DNA of 64,000 bases from an uncultured Candidatus Marinamargulisbacteria bacterium (GTDB lineage: Bacteria; Margulisbacteria; Riflemargulisbacteria; GWF2-35-9). The notes below the pieces were generated by a model. The model saw nothing but the letters and a program-made list of their open reading frames with translations. It was not told the DNA's origin and did no database searches. Below are positions 1 through 9,034 of this stretch, one piece after another (the stretch's first letter is position 1; each line of letters opens with the position of its first letter). Where the stretch lies: the NCBI GenBank assembly GCA_903910705.1, contig CAIWAN010000052.1, positions 5,844 to 69,843 on the forward strand, given 5' to 3'. A program made the position numbers and the translations under genes.

Positions 1-1026
1 CGAGATCTTATGCATTTCCTCGGTTCGGATCTGAACCTCGACGGGCTTTCCGCTCGGGCCAATAACCACCGTATGAATAGACTGATACATATTCTGTTTG
101 GGCATCGCGATATAATCCTTGAATCGACCCGGAATAGGCTTGCATTGCGTATGAATGATACCCAGAACGGCGTAACACTCTTTGACCTCTTTCACGATAA
201 TTCGAATGGCATAAAGGTCATAGAGGTTCTTAATAGTGGTACGTTGCTTGATCATTTTATTGTAAATCGACCAGAAATGTTTGGGCCGCCCTGTTACAAC
301 CGCAGGGATATCCTCGAGCGCGAGTAAGGTCTGAACGAGTTTAACAAAATCCTGAATGTAGAGTTCCCGACCCTCTCGCTTTTCGGCGATCTCACCTTTC
401 AATTTTTGGTAATCTTCTTCATACAGGTGGCGGAAACAAAGATCCTCTAGCTCCCATTTTATTTGACTCATCCCCAATCGATGGGAAAGGGGCGCATAAA
501 TATCAAGGGTCTCACGAGCGATCCGTCGCCGCTTATCCTCATCAAGGAACTTCAAGGTTCGCATATTGTGAAGGCGATCGGCTAACTTAATGATGACGAT
601 GCGAATATCCTTGGCCATGGCCAAAAACATCCGACGAAAATTCTCGATCTTCGCCTCTTCCGCACTCGAGAAATTCAATCGGCCGAGCTTCGTAACCCCC
701 TCGACGATCTCCGCCACATTTTCACCAAACAACCGAACGATCTCTTCATGGGACACATCGGTATCCTCGACCACATCATGCAGCATAGCCGCAATGAGTG
801 TCGTCTCGTCGGCCTCATATTCGGCTAGGATCTCAACCACATGAACGGGATGCCAAATATAAGACTCCCCTGACCGCCGTTTCTGGCCATCATGGGCTTT
901 CATCGAGAACTCAAAGGCCTCAATAAATTTCTCAAGATTGAAATGTTTGTTGTAGATTTTTATCGACTTGGCTAAACGGCGAATGGTATAACGCAGCTCT
1001 TGTTCCATAACGGTTAATCGTAACAT
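1..1026 (-). CDS. relA: (p)ppGpp synthetase/hydrolase RelA/SpoT family, N-terminal HD and synthetase region; the gene runs off the window edge
   Basis: Manual minus-strand translation from the ATG at 1026 gives MLRLTVMEQELRYTIRRLAK..HDGQKRRSGESYIWHPVHVVEILAEY..TLIAAMLHDVVEDTDV..RIVIIKLADRLHNMRTL. This carries the HD motif and RelA/SpoT hallmark blocks. It is not in the ORF track because it is partial. Confidence 0.85.
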   Translation of the reverse strand, partial: MLRLTVMEQELRYTIRRLAKSIKIYNKHFNLEKFIEAFEFSMKAHDGQKRRSGESYIWHPVHVVEILAEYEADETTLIAAMLHDVVEDTDVSHEEIVRLFGENVAEIVEGVTKLGRLNFSSAEEAKIENFRRMFLAMAKDIRIVIIKLADRLHNMRTLKFLDEDKRRRIARETLDIYAPLSHRLGMSQIKWELEDLCFRHLYEEDYQKLKGEIAEKREGRELYIQDFVKLVQTLLALEDIPAVVTGRPKHFWSIYNKMIKQRTTIKNLYDLYAIRIIVKEVKECYAVLGIIHTQCKPIPGRFKDYIAMPKQNMYQSIHTVVIGPSGKPVEVQIRTEEMHKIS

Positions 1027-1052
1027 GTTTTTTAGGTTTAATAACCCCTATT

Positions 1053-1535
1053 TTGGGGCACACTCTGAATATGGAACAAGAAGAACAACCCGAGACCTTC
1101 CGAGATATTGCGCGTGTTTGCGTTAAAAAGAACAATAAAGGGCCCTTTGATGAGCTCATTACCACCCTTTTCCGTATCAAACAGTTGACCGAATTTATTC
1201 CCCATATCGATTCAAAATGGGACAAGAAAACGGTTTTAATGAAATGTATCAGTCAAGGTCTCAAATACTCAAACTTCAAAAGCTTTAAAGACGAGGTCAC
1301 GGCCTATCCCAGCTTTAGCGATCTGGAAAATTGCAGCTCAATAAAAGAGTTCTATGCCTTATTGACCGAAGAAGAAAATCAAGAACCGATACACAAAAAG
1401 CTATTACAGCGTTTTCAAGGCATCCTTCATGAGCATGAATTCTCGCTTTCATTTTTGAAGAATTGGATCGCAAAAGATATCGAAGAACTCGAGCAGCAAG
1501 CCGAATACATCAAAATCACTCAACCAAACGGATAG
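1053..1535 (+). CDS. hypothetical protein (160 aa; the real start may be the ATG at 1071)
   Basis: Intact ORF with no recognisable motifs. Its stop lies 5 bp before the left 34-bp direct repeat. Confidence 0.4.
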   Translation: MGHTLNMEQEEQPETFRDIARVCVKKNNKGPFDELITTLFRIKQLTEFIPHIDSKWDKKTVLMKCISQGLKYSNFKSFKDEVTAYPSFSDLENCSSIKEFYALLTEEENQEPIHKKLLQRFQGILHEHEFSLSFLKNWIAKDIEELEQQAEYIKITQPNG

Positions 1536-1540
1536 CCCTC

Positions 1541-1574
1541 ACTCCTCCCGCATTAACTTCAAGAACATCGCAGC
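1541..1574. repeat. Left copy of a perfect 34-bp direct repeat ACTCCTCCCGCATTAACTTCAAGAACATCGCAGC. It is an orphan duplicate of the 3-prime end of gene 2495-3814.
   Basis: 34/34 identity with 2497-2530. Its reverse complement encodes AAMFLKLMREE plus a stop. Confidence 0.9.
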
Positions 1575-1577
1575 CTA

Positions 1578-1606
1578 TTGATTTATACCTCAATAATAGG
1601 TAATAT
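1578..1606 (+). promoter_or_regulatory. sigma70-like promoter TTGATT-N17-TAATAT driving the cassette genes
   Basis: -35 at 1578-1583, a 17-nt spacer, and -10 at 1601-1606. It is followed by a GGAGG RBS at 1616-1620 and the ATG at 1630. Confidence 0.5.
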
Positions 1607-1629
1607 AACCTTCATTGGAGGTATGATTT

Positions 1630-1965
1630 ATGTTAGATTACTTGTTTGGAAATAAAAATATTGAAAAAATACTGCAATATTTATCAAAGAACAAAACGGG
1701 GTATGCTTACGAACTCTCGCGACAATTTGGATGCTCTCTTGCACCGATCCAAAAAACCCTCAATAAACTTGAGCGGGGCGGACTCCTAGTTAGTCTAAAC
1801 ATAGGAAAAACACGACAATTTCAATTTAATCCAAAGTATCCCTTTCTAAATGAGATTGAGGCACTCGTCAAAGCAGCTTATCGTTTTCTACCCGAGGATC
1901 AGAAATTAACGTATCAACGCCTTACCAGAAAGCGTCCAAGACGAGCGAACAAGCCATTGCTGTGA
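1630..1965 (+). CDS. winged-helix DNA-binding protein, putative antitoxin/regulator (AbiEi- or MarR/PadR-like)
   Basis: 111 aa with a wHTH-like segment GYAYELSRQFGCSLAPIQKTLNKLERGGLLVS and a basic tail. A GGAGG RBS sits 9 nt upstream. Its stop overlaps the next start (GTGA). Confidence 0.55.
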   Translation: MLDYLFGNKNIEKILQYLSKNKTGYAYELSRQFGCSLAPIQKTLNKLERGGLLVSLNIGKTRQFQFNPKYPFLNEIEALVKAAYRFLPEDQKLTYQRLTRKRPRRANKPLL

Positions 1966-2492
1966 CAATTCCTATTGTTAAAGATCTGTCCATCTCTGAC
2001 CTAGCAGCCTTTATTGGTGGATATTTAGAACAACAGGGTGTGGATGTCGTTTTGGTCGGTGGAGCATGTGTATCCATTTATTCAAAACATGCTTACATCT
2101 CAGGTGATTTAGATTTAATTACTTATCACGAAGGCAAAAAGATCAAAGAAGCGCTGTCTCGCATCGGGTTCAGGTTTACAAAGAATAACTATTTTGTTCA
2201 TTCAGAGAGCAACTTTATTCTAGAGTTCGTGAACCCGCCTGCAGCAATAGGCCGAGACGCCATTACAGAGTTTGCGCAATATAAAACAAATCTTGGTTCA
2301 ATAAAGCTCCTAACGCCTACAGACTGCGTAAAAGATAGGCTTACAGCCTACTTCTATTGGAACGATGAACAGTCCCTTGAACAAGCTTTACTTGTTGCAA
2401 GAGAACAAACAATAAACCTTTCTTTGTTGGAAATTTGGGCAAAAAGAGAAAAACAATTGGGCAAGTTTTCCACGTTTATTTCTCTCATTTAA
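1962..2492 (+). CDS. minimal nucleotidyltransferase-fold protein (AbiEii/MNT-like), putative toxin
   Basis: GTG start overlaps the upstream stop. The sequence VVLVGGACVSIYSKHAYISGDLDLITYHE matches the pol-beta NTase signature (hGG-x12-S-x-D-h-D). Confidence 0.5.
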   Translation: MTIPIVKDLSISDLAAFIGGYLEQQGVDVVLVGGACVSIYSKHAYISGDLDLITYHEGKKIKEALSRIGFRFTKNNYFVHSESNFILEFVNPPAAIGRDAITEFAQYKTNLGSIKLLTPTDCVKDRLTAYFYWNDEQSLEQALLVAREQTINLSLLEIWAKREKQLGKFSTFISLI

Positions 2493-2494
2493 CG

Positions 2495-3814
2495 CTACTC
2501 CTCCCGCATTAACTTCAAGAACATCGCAGCGTCATTGGTCTGCATCGTCGAGAGCAGTTTTGCCTTCTTTTTGACCGACATTTTATCAAGGATCTTTTTG
2601 CATTCTGGGGGCGACAAATGCTTCCAAATAACCAAGACGTCATCGGGGGGCACCTTTTCCCAGACCCGAATGAACTGTTGAAAGTTTTTTGAGGGTTCCT
2701 CTGTCAACGTCCCTCGCGTCATTTCTTTGTAATACGTCGCAACTTTTTCAGATGGCAGGGCAACAAATAACTTGGTAACGGTTCTGTCCGACAGAGCCAA
2801 TAAAATATCTTCGACGGCTTTGTTATTCATTCGCGTAAATATCGGCGGCAAGGCATTGATGTCCATCTTTTCGTAAACAGCCGCTAGTTGTCGACGTTTC
2901 TTTTTGGCCTCTTCGACAACATTCACCGTTGGCTGAACCGCCACCCCATTTGTCTCGGTCGGGGCTATTGACGCAGACGGCATTTGGGGGATCGCAGGCA
3001 GCAAAAAGGACGCGGCCGGAACATCTTGACCATCGGGCGGAGGCGGCTCATCGATACCAACAACCCCCATTGCAACGCGGGTACTATTTATCCATTGGTA
3101 CAACAAATGGCGGGGGGGCACATTGAGACCGATCGCATCCTCACGACTCACTTGAAACATCTCTTGCTTTCCGAGCATCGCACAGTAACTTCCCGAACTA
3201 ATAAGAGGGACTAATTCATTGAAATCAGCATGGAGATTTACCGCATCATACAGGCGTTGCGCGACTTGTTTGGTTCGAATATACGGTGTTTTGCTGCCCT
3301 GTCCGACGAGGATCTTCATGATCTGAACATTATCGACCCAGAGTTCTGAAAATTCTTTATTTTTTACAATATTTCGGATGACCCGAAATCGATACAAAAA
3401 AGGAGGCGTCTGTTCCGAACTCTCAATATCGGCGACCTCTCTGATATCGAGATTAAACTCGCCAATTCGCTTGATTTGATTTTGAGCCGAAATACGTTCC
3501 TTGGCCCACGCAACACGTTGTTCTTGAGCAGCAATTTTCTGAACGGTACTCGCTATAAAAGGCAACCGATAGGCCACTCTCTTTGGCAAATATCCCATAA
3601 AGGCCAAGTTGGCGATGACTAAATACAAAAGAAAGATCAACAAAAAGAGACTCAATGCGATGAGAATACCTGACACAACGGAACGTCTAACCCGTTGAGG
3701 GTCTAGTTTCTTTTTCGGGTGTTTTAGGCGGCGCTTATGGGTTTTGACCTTTTTTGCTGCTTCCGCTCTGCCTTGTTCTTCATCCATGATCGTTATCATA
3801 TCAAAGATTCGCAC
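2495..3814 (-). CDS. membrane-anchored protein with a C-terminal helical MgtE_N/FliG-like domain; possibly a flagellar accessory protein of the YlxF/MotE type
   Basis: 439 aa with an N-terminal basic region and one TM helix (ILIALSLFLLIFLLYLVIANLAF). It is divergent from fliK. The functional assignment is weak. Confidence 0.4.
   Translation of the reverse strand: MRIFDMITIMDEEQGRAEAAKKVKTHKRRLKHPKKKLDPQRVRRSVVSGILIALSLFLLIFLLYLVIANLAFMGYLPKRVAYRLPFIASTVQKIAAQEQRVAWAKERISAQNQIKRIGEFNLDIREVADIESSEQTPPFLYRFRVIRNIVKNKEFSELWVDNVQIMKILVGQGSKTPYIRTKQVAQRLYDAVNLHADFNELVPLISSGSYCAMLGKQEMFQVSREDAIGLNVPPRHLLYQWINSTRVAMGVVGIDEPPPPDGQDVPAASFLLPAIPQMPSASIAPTETNGVAVQPTVNVVEEAKKKRRQLAAVYEKMDINALPPIFTRMNNKAVEDILLALSDRTVTKLFVALPSEKVATYYKEMTRGTLTEEPSKNFQQFIRVWEKVPPDDVLVIWKHLSPPECKKILDKMSVKKKAKLLSTMQTNDAAMFLKLMREE
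2497..2530. repeat. Right copy of the 34-bp direct repeat. It forms the actual 3-prime end of gene 2495-3814.
   Basis: Identical to 1541-1574. Confidence 0.9.
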
Positions 3815-3959
3815 TCTTTTGACCCTTTACAAGCAAAAAAAAATAGGTACTATGTTAAGTGTTACAGGGAATTGTACGGGGGTTTTTCACGGAAGATCAT
3901 TATTAGCACTGGCTGCCAGGAACGCTTGTCGTATGGCCAAAGCCAAGAAAGGGAGACCT

Positions 3960-5573
3960 ATGCAAGCGGTCACACAAGTATCCTCGTTAGGGGATCAAAC
4001 GCTATTCTTCTCGTCATCGTCAAAAAACACGGATTCTTCTTTTGCAGATATTTTTGCCAAAGAGAGTCAATCCCCTCCTGCTGAATCGAAAGCGGAGACG
4101 CCGACTAAGCCATCCACCGTTTCGGCCGAAGCCAATAAACCCGCCGAGAACAAATCAAGTCCCTCAACGGAAGCCAGTGAAACGACAAAAGCTGAGGCCA
4201 CCAACAAAGAAACCAAAGAGGCTCAAGCCAAACTCGAGGAAGAAGCCCTTAAAGAAAAGGTCAACACGCTCGTTTCAACAACGCCCACGTCCATCGCCTT
4301 TTTGCCAACACTCACGTCAAAAGAAACACTGGCCAAGCCAAACCATGCCACAAAGTGGACAGAGATCCCTCCGGTCACCCTTCGACTAAGCGGGAAATCG
4401 ATTACGTCTTCAGACCTCAATACAACGAATAATACAGACCTTGCGACCTTAGCCAAAAACATCAAAGAATTAGCCCCCCTTCTGGCCAAGCTGAAAGATA
4501 AGGTGGACATGTCCGCAGAGGAACGAACGAATTTGATGGCCCTCATTTCAAAAATATCGCAAAGCCTTTCAACCCTTCAGACACAATCCGCATCGCTTTC
4601 TATCGATCAAAAGAATATCCTTGCGTCCTTAAACACCCTTAAAGACTCCTTAACAACATCGCTACAAGTATCGAACGCCTCGTCACAAGCATTACCCCTT
4701 CAACGTTCAACGGATCAATCGGCTTCGTCCATCGCAACACTTCTCCAAGACCTACAAGGTTATGTTGAAGAGGTTAAAAAAACTCAAACCTTTAAGACAG
4801 AACTTATTAAGGGGATTGATCTTAGCCAAAAGAACGCGACGATCCAACCGGTTGCAACAAACCTGCAAACCCCTGAAGCGATCGCTGCAGCATCCGTTGT
4901 CGAATCCACGCCAGAAGTTGTTGATGCATTAAGTCAGGACATCGCCCCACCAGAAAAAACCAAATCACAAACCAGCAAGCAGCTTACCGATATGATAAAG
5001 CCTCTTTTTAGCGACAATCTCAATGTTGTCAACCTAAACACCGACACCAAGGCGGCCCCCCAAGCTCAACCATCTGTTGCGGCCACAGCACCACTTGCAG
5101 GGGCACCCCAAACCGCTAACATCGAAAAACAAACCGCCATTCTGTCGCAATTTACAACCTTTATGGCCGTCACCAAGCTTCGCTCAGAAACCGAAGTAAC
5201 GCTTCGTCTACATCCTCGCGAATTAGGGGACATTAAGATTCAGATCACTCGCACAGAGAACCAAGCCCTTCACGAGCCAGCGACTATTTCCGCTAAGTTC
5301 CAAGTCAACAGCGAGATGGTCAAATCCGTCCTTGAAAGCAATTTCAATTTACTCAAAGATAGCCTTCAACAGCAAGGCAACTTTAATATGGCGCAAATGA
5401 GTGTTGATGTCCAAACCAATGGATCTCAGAACCAGGGTTTTCAAGACAATCAGGAAAGCGCATCCAATCAGGGTTTTTACTCGAATCCTTTAGTCAATGA
5501 GGATCATTTTGTTGCAAACTCGTCCCCTTCCTTAGCTATCGCACATAGCGGGGATTTGGACAGAGTGGCCTAA
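3960..5573 (+). CDS. fliK: flagellar hook-length control protein FliK
   Basis: S/T/A/K-rich low-complexity N-terminal region and a C-terminal Flg_hook-type block LRLHPRELGDIKIQITRTENQALHEPATISAKFQVNSEMVKSVLESNF. The start is placed at the ATG at 3960, which has a GGGAG RBS. The ORF is open from 3744, with alternative in-frame ATGs at 3850 and 3933. Confidence 0.65.
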   Translation: MQAVTQVSSLGDQTLFFSSSSKNTDSSFADIFAKESQSPPAESKAETPTKPSTVSAEANKPAENKSSPSTEASETTKAEATNKETKEAQAKLEEEALKEKVNTLVSTTPTSIAFLPTLTSKETLAKPNHATKWTEIPPVTLRLSGKSITSSDLNTTNNTDLATLAKNIKELAPLLAKLKDKVDMSAEERTNLMALISKISQSLSTLQTQSASLSIDQKNILASLNTLKDSLTTSLQVSNASSQALPLQRSTDQSASSIATLLQDLQGYVEEVKKTQTFKTELIKGIDLSQKNATIQPVATNLQTPEAIAAASVVESTPEVVDALSQDIAPPEKTKSQTSKQLTDMIKPLFSDNLNVVNLNTDTKAAPQAQPSVAATAPLAGAPQTANIEKQTAILSQFTTFMAVTKLRSETEVTLRLHPRELGDIKIQITRTENQALHEPATISAKFQVNSEMVKSVLESNFNLLKDSLQQQGNFNMAQMSVDVQTNGSQNQGFQDNQESASNQGFYSNPLVNEDHFVANSSPSLAIAHSGDLDRVA

Positions 5574-5586
5574 AGGAGGCTCGATC

Positions 5587-6207
5587 ATGGCCAGTACAAC
5601 GCCGACTATTCAAACCAATGCGTTTAACTCCATTAATCGAAATATCACCTCGAGCAATCAGTTGGGAAAAGACCAGTTTCTTAAAATGCTCGTCACCCAA
5701 CTTCAATACCAAGACCCGATGAGTCCTCAAAGCAATGAAAGCTTTATCGCTCAGTTGGCTCAATTTAGTGCCCTTGAATCCCAGCAAAACCAGCAAAAAA
5801 CTCTTGAAGGGGCGCAAGCATTTTCCCTCATCGGAAAAACCGTCGAGAAAGTCGACGTTCTGACTCAAGCGGTTACTCAAGGCGTTGTAGGCGGGGTCAA
5901 GGTCGTTAGTGGCAAATATACGCTCCTGCTTGACCAAGCGGATACAAGCACTGTACTTAAAACCGATGTTGTCTCCGCCTTTAATGCAGCCGGAAAGAGT
6001 TATGAGCAATATAAGAACACCCTATTTACCGCGACCAGTCTCAGTGCAGACAAGCTCGTCTGGCGTTCAAACATCACCTCAGAAGCCGATTTTGCAACAA
6101 CTTTAGGCTATGCGGATGCGACCAAACTACCAACAGCGCTTCGAGGATTATATGGAAAAGCCTATCCGACCGAAGTGGCCATCGGAGACGTCAGCTATGT
6201 TTATTGA
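5587..6207 (+). CDS. flgD: flagellar hook capping/assembly protein FlgD
   Basis: Motif LGKDQFLKMLVTQLQYQDPMSPQSNESFIAQLAQFSALE, and an AGGAGG RBS. Confidence 0.85.
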   Translation: MASTTPTIQTNAFNSINRNITSSNQLGKDQFLKMLVTQLQYQDPMSPQSNESFIAQLAQFSALESQQNQQKTLEGAQAFSLIGKTVEKVDVLTQAVTQGVVGGVKVVSGKYTLLLDQADTSTVLKTDVVSAFNAAGKSYEQYKNTLFTATSLSADKLVWRSNITSEADFATTLGYADATKLPTALRGLYGKAYPTEVAIGDVSYVY

Positions 6208-6240
6208 TCCATCTATTTTGAAGGGAGGCGAACGAAACAC

Positions 6241-6648
6241 ATGGTAGATATGAGCCGATTTTCACAAGATATTGCACGGATACAAGCCGACCAGATCGGT
6301 CTAAACATTGCCCCCACACCCAGTCAACGAAAACTTGAACAAAGTCAATTCGCGCAAGAATTTAAAGCAAAGTTGGGGATCAGTGACGATCAAGATATTG
6401 TCCAATTTTCGAATCATGCTATTGCTCGACTTCAGAAAAGAAATATCGACATTACGCCGACAGACCTTTCCCGCATCACCAGTGCGATCGATAAGGCTGC
6501 AGCAAAAGGATCTCGCGACTCGCTCGTCATGATCGATGATCTGGCGCTTGTTGTAAGTATAAAGAATCGAACGGTCATAACGGCCATGGACCAACAATCC
6601 ATGAAAGATCAGGTGATTACGAATATTGATAGTGCGGTTATCGGTTAG
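6241..6648 (+). CDS. flagellar operon protein (TIGR02530-like small protein typically found between flgD and flgE)
   Basis: 135 aa, sitting between flgD and flgE. Motifs FSNHAIARLQKRNI and NRTVITAMD fit that family as I recall it. Confidence 0.45.
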   Translation: MVDMSRFSQDIARIQADQIGLNIAPTPSQRKLEQSQFAQEFKAKLGISDDQDIVQFSNHAIARLQKRNIDITPTDLSRITSAIDKAAAKGSRDSLVMIDDLALVVSIKNRTVITAMDQQSMKDQVITNIDSAVIG

Positions 6649-6712
6649 TTATTGAATCCATAGCGGGTTGGACCTCCTGAGGAAACCTGCTAAATAAAAA
6701 GGGGGGGGTATT

Positions 6713-8959
6713 ATGTTACGTTCTATGTTCGCAGGCCTTTCTGGCCTTCGGAACCACCAAACAGCGCTTGACGTTATCGGTAACAATATATCGAATGTCA
6801 ACACCGTGGGGTATAAAGGTTCCCGTATTCAGTTCGCAGAACTTCTGAGTCAAACCATTCGAGGCGCAGGATCTCCTTCAGCCGAAGGAACGGGGGGTAC
6901 AAACGCCATTCAAGTCGGCCTTGGTATCGCAACGGCATCCATCGACGTCAGCCATCAACAAGGCAATCTTCAATCTACGGGAAACATGAGTGATCTTGCC
7001 CTTCAAGGCAATGGTTTTTTTATCCTTAGTGATGGTCAAAAACAAGCCTACTCGAGAGCGGGCGAATTCTCCTTTGACGCGAACGGAACAATGGTTGCCT
7101 CAAACGGAATGAATGTGATGGGCTGGATGGCCGATTCAGCGGGAACCGTTGATCTTAACACCAATATTCAAGGGCTGCTTATCCCTGTCGGAAAAACGAT
7201 CGACGCCCGCGCCACAACAAAAGTAGACTATGCCCATAATCTCAGCTCTAAATCAGATATGCTTGGTACCCCGCACATCGCGTCAGGGAATTCTGCCAAT
7301 GTAGAGCTGATCACCGGCACCTATACCGGCAACGCCACCGCGATTGATAACCTTGGCGCCTCATTCCCTATTGTTGACGTCGTAGGCAGTCATTATCTGA
7401 CGGTCAATGCTGAAACACATACCGGCACAAGAACAGACTTGAACGGAACCGAATCTTTAACAGCGCTTGGAGCCACCAATGTAAGTACGTTTCGGGTCGC
7501 CGTCGACGGGGTTTCAAACATTGTAACCCTTGCGAATGGCAATATCAGCACAGTCAATGAGTTAATATCTGCGATCAACTCTCAGATCAATGGGGTTACC
7601 GCTGAACTATCAGGAAATGCCGTCAAAATAACCCGAAATATTGCTGGCTCTGATGCAACCATTTCTGTTGAAGATATCGGGTTTGCAACCAATGGAATCG
7701 CTGCCAATGTTTTTGGAACGGGAAATGCTGTTTGGACCGCAGGCACCCACAACAAAGGAACAACCATTCTGGGGGGGTCACCCTCTATTGCGGGAGCACT
7801 CCCCTTAACAACCTGGCCAGCCCTCAGCCTTGCCCAGACACTCAATGTCACGGTCAATGAAGCCGGCGGAGCAAAAACTATTGCATTTACCCCAACCGGA
7901 ACAGAAACCACACTCAATGATCTGATCACCAGTTTCAATACATGGGGCGCCTCTGCGGGGTTTGATAAAGCCGTTAAGATGTCGGTCAATAATGCAGGTA
8001 ATCTCATTATTGAAACAAAAGACCCATCAGTTGCGACCACAGGGCTTAGCGTAGCCGATGGGGGTGCAGGGGGCATCAAATCAACACTGATGGGCGTTAC
8101 AACCCAAATAGGACGAACGTCAGTCGCCGCAAATGTTACCCACGAATTCATTGAAGCTGACGGAGGGGGCGCACACTACACTCAACTCGATTTCAGTAAT
8201 GGGGATGCCCAGATCACAGGACTTACAGGGGTCTCTATCACAGCGAATACAACAGGGTTTAAAGCCGGTACGGTCGTCTTACAAACGGTAGCAGCAGCAG
8301 AACACATCGCAACGACACAAGTATATGACTCTCTCGGACTTGCCCATACCATTAACGTAACCCTAAAGCGACTATCCGATAACACGTGGAAATGGGACGC
8401 TGGGGGTATCGATGTTGTGGGTTCGGGCACCTTAACCTTTGATGCGAACGGCGTCATACAATCCGGTTCGGTAAATGGGAATATAACGGTAGGCGCATCG
8501 GGCGGAGCGAACTCGATCTCCATTGTTCCTGATTTCAGCAGCGTGACCCAATACGCCTCTTCAAGCACCATGTTACACGTCAACCAAGATGGGTATACCG
8601 ATGGCTCCCTATCAACGTATTCCATTGATTCGAACGGAGAGATTTTGGGTATCTATACCAATGGACTCAACCAAACCATTGGGCAAATAGCGGTAGCCGC
8701 CTTTAACAATCCGGCAGGTTTAATGAAAACAGGGGATAGCATGTTTATTGCCTCGAATAACTCGGGGACAGCCCAAATTGGTGCGGCGAACACCGGCGGT
8801 AGAGGAACGTTCTCTGCTGGTACTTTAGAAATGTCTAACGTCGATATCGCTCAAGAATTTGCGAATATGATCATTTATGAGAGAGGCTTTCAGGCCAACT
8901 CAAAAGTCATCACAACGGGTGATGACATGCTACAAACACTGGTTAGCATGAAACGATAA
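6713..8959 (+). CDS. flgE: flagellar hook protein FlgE, a large form carrying a central insertion
   Basis: N-terminus MLRSMFAGLSGLRNHQTALDVIGNNISNVNTVGYK and C-terminus MSNVDIAQEFANMIIYERGFQANSKVITTGDDMLQTLVSMK are canonical rod/hook termini. 748 aa. Confidence 0.85.
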   Translation: MLRSMFAGLSGLRNHQTALDVIGNNISNVNTVGYKGSRIQFAELLSQTIRGAGSPSAEGTGGTNAIQVGLGIATASIDVSHQQGNLQSTGNMSDLALQGNGFFILSDGQKQAYSRAGEFSFDANGTMVASNGMNVMGWMADSAGTVDLNTNIQGLLIPVGKTIDARATTKVDYAHNLSSKSDMLGTPHIASGNSANVELITGTYTGNATAIDNLGASFPIVDVVGSHYLTVNAETHTGTRTDLNGTESLTALGATNVSTFRVAVDGVSNIVTLANGNISTVNELISAINSQINGVTAELSGNAVKITRNIAGSDATISVEDIGFATNGIAANVFGTGNAVWTAGTHNKGTTILGGSPSIAGALPLTTWPALSLAQTLNVTVNEAGGAKTIAFTPTGTETTLNDLITSFNTWGASAGFDKAVKMSVNNAGNLIIETKDPSVATTGLSVADGGAGGIKSTLMGVTTQIGRTSVAANVTHEFIEADGGGAHYTQLDFSNGDAQITGLTGVSITANTTGFKAGTVVLQTVAAAEHIATTQVYDSLGLAHTINVTLKRLSDNTWKWDAGGIDVVGSGTLTFDANGVIQSGSVNGNITVGASGGANSISIVPDFSSVTQYASSSTMLHVNQDGYTDGSLSTYSIDSNGEILGIYTNGLNQTIGQIAVAAFNNPAGLMKTGDSMFIASNNSGTAQIGAANTGGRGTFSAGTLEMSNVDIAQEFANMIIYERGFQANSKVITTGDDMLQTLVSMKR

Positions 8960-8967
8960 CTATTTTA

Positions 8968-8997
8968 GCCGAGGCACAAAAAAAACTGTGCCTCGGC
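8968..8997 (+). terminator. stem-loop (11-bp stem GCCGAGGCACA/TGTGCCTCGGC with an A-rich loop) between flgE and fliL; a possible attenuator or RNA-processing site
   Basis: Perfect inverted repeat 8968-8978 / 8987-8997. There is no U-tract after it. Confidence 0.4.
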
Positions 8998-9034
8998 ATT
9001 CCAAGTCTTTCGTATCTGCGGTATAGTAAAGCAC

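Larger units (their letters stand above)
1541..2530. mobile_element. Putative integrated mini-cassette (wHTH + nucleotidyltransferase) bounded by 34-bp direct repeats; no recombinase is present
   Basis: Direct repeats at both ends. The interior is AT-rich compared with the flanks. It has its own promoter and RBS, and the target gene end is regenerated. Confidence 0.45.

Noticed and set aside
10-844. Plus-strand ORFs 10-327 and 590-844
   Set aside because: They lie antisense within the well-supported minus-strand relA/spoT coding region and have no domain signatures or RBS. They are spurious.
4042-4389. Basic, proline-rich 115-aa ORF
   Set aside because: It is the alternative frame of the K/E/A/T-rich low-complexity region of fliK, produced by codon-repeat composition. 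It is not a gene.
7393-8625. Three long minus-strand ORFs inside flgE
   Set aside because: They lie antisense to a strongly supported flgE, and stop-poor antisense frames are typical of this G/A/T-rich gene. No RBS.
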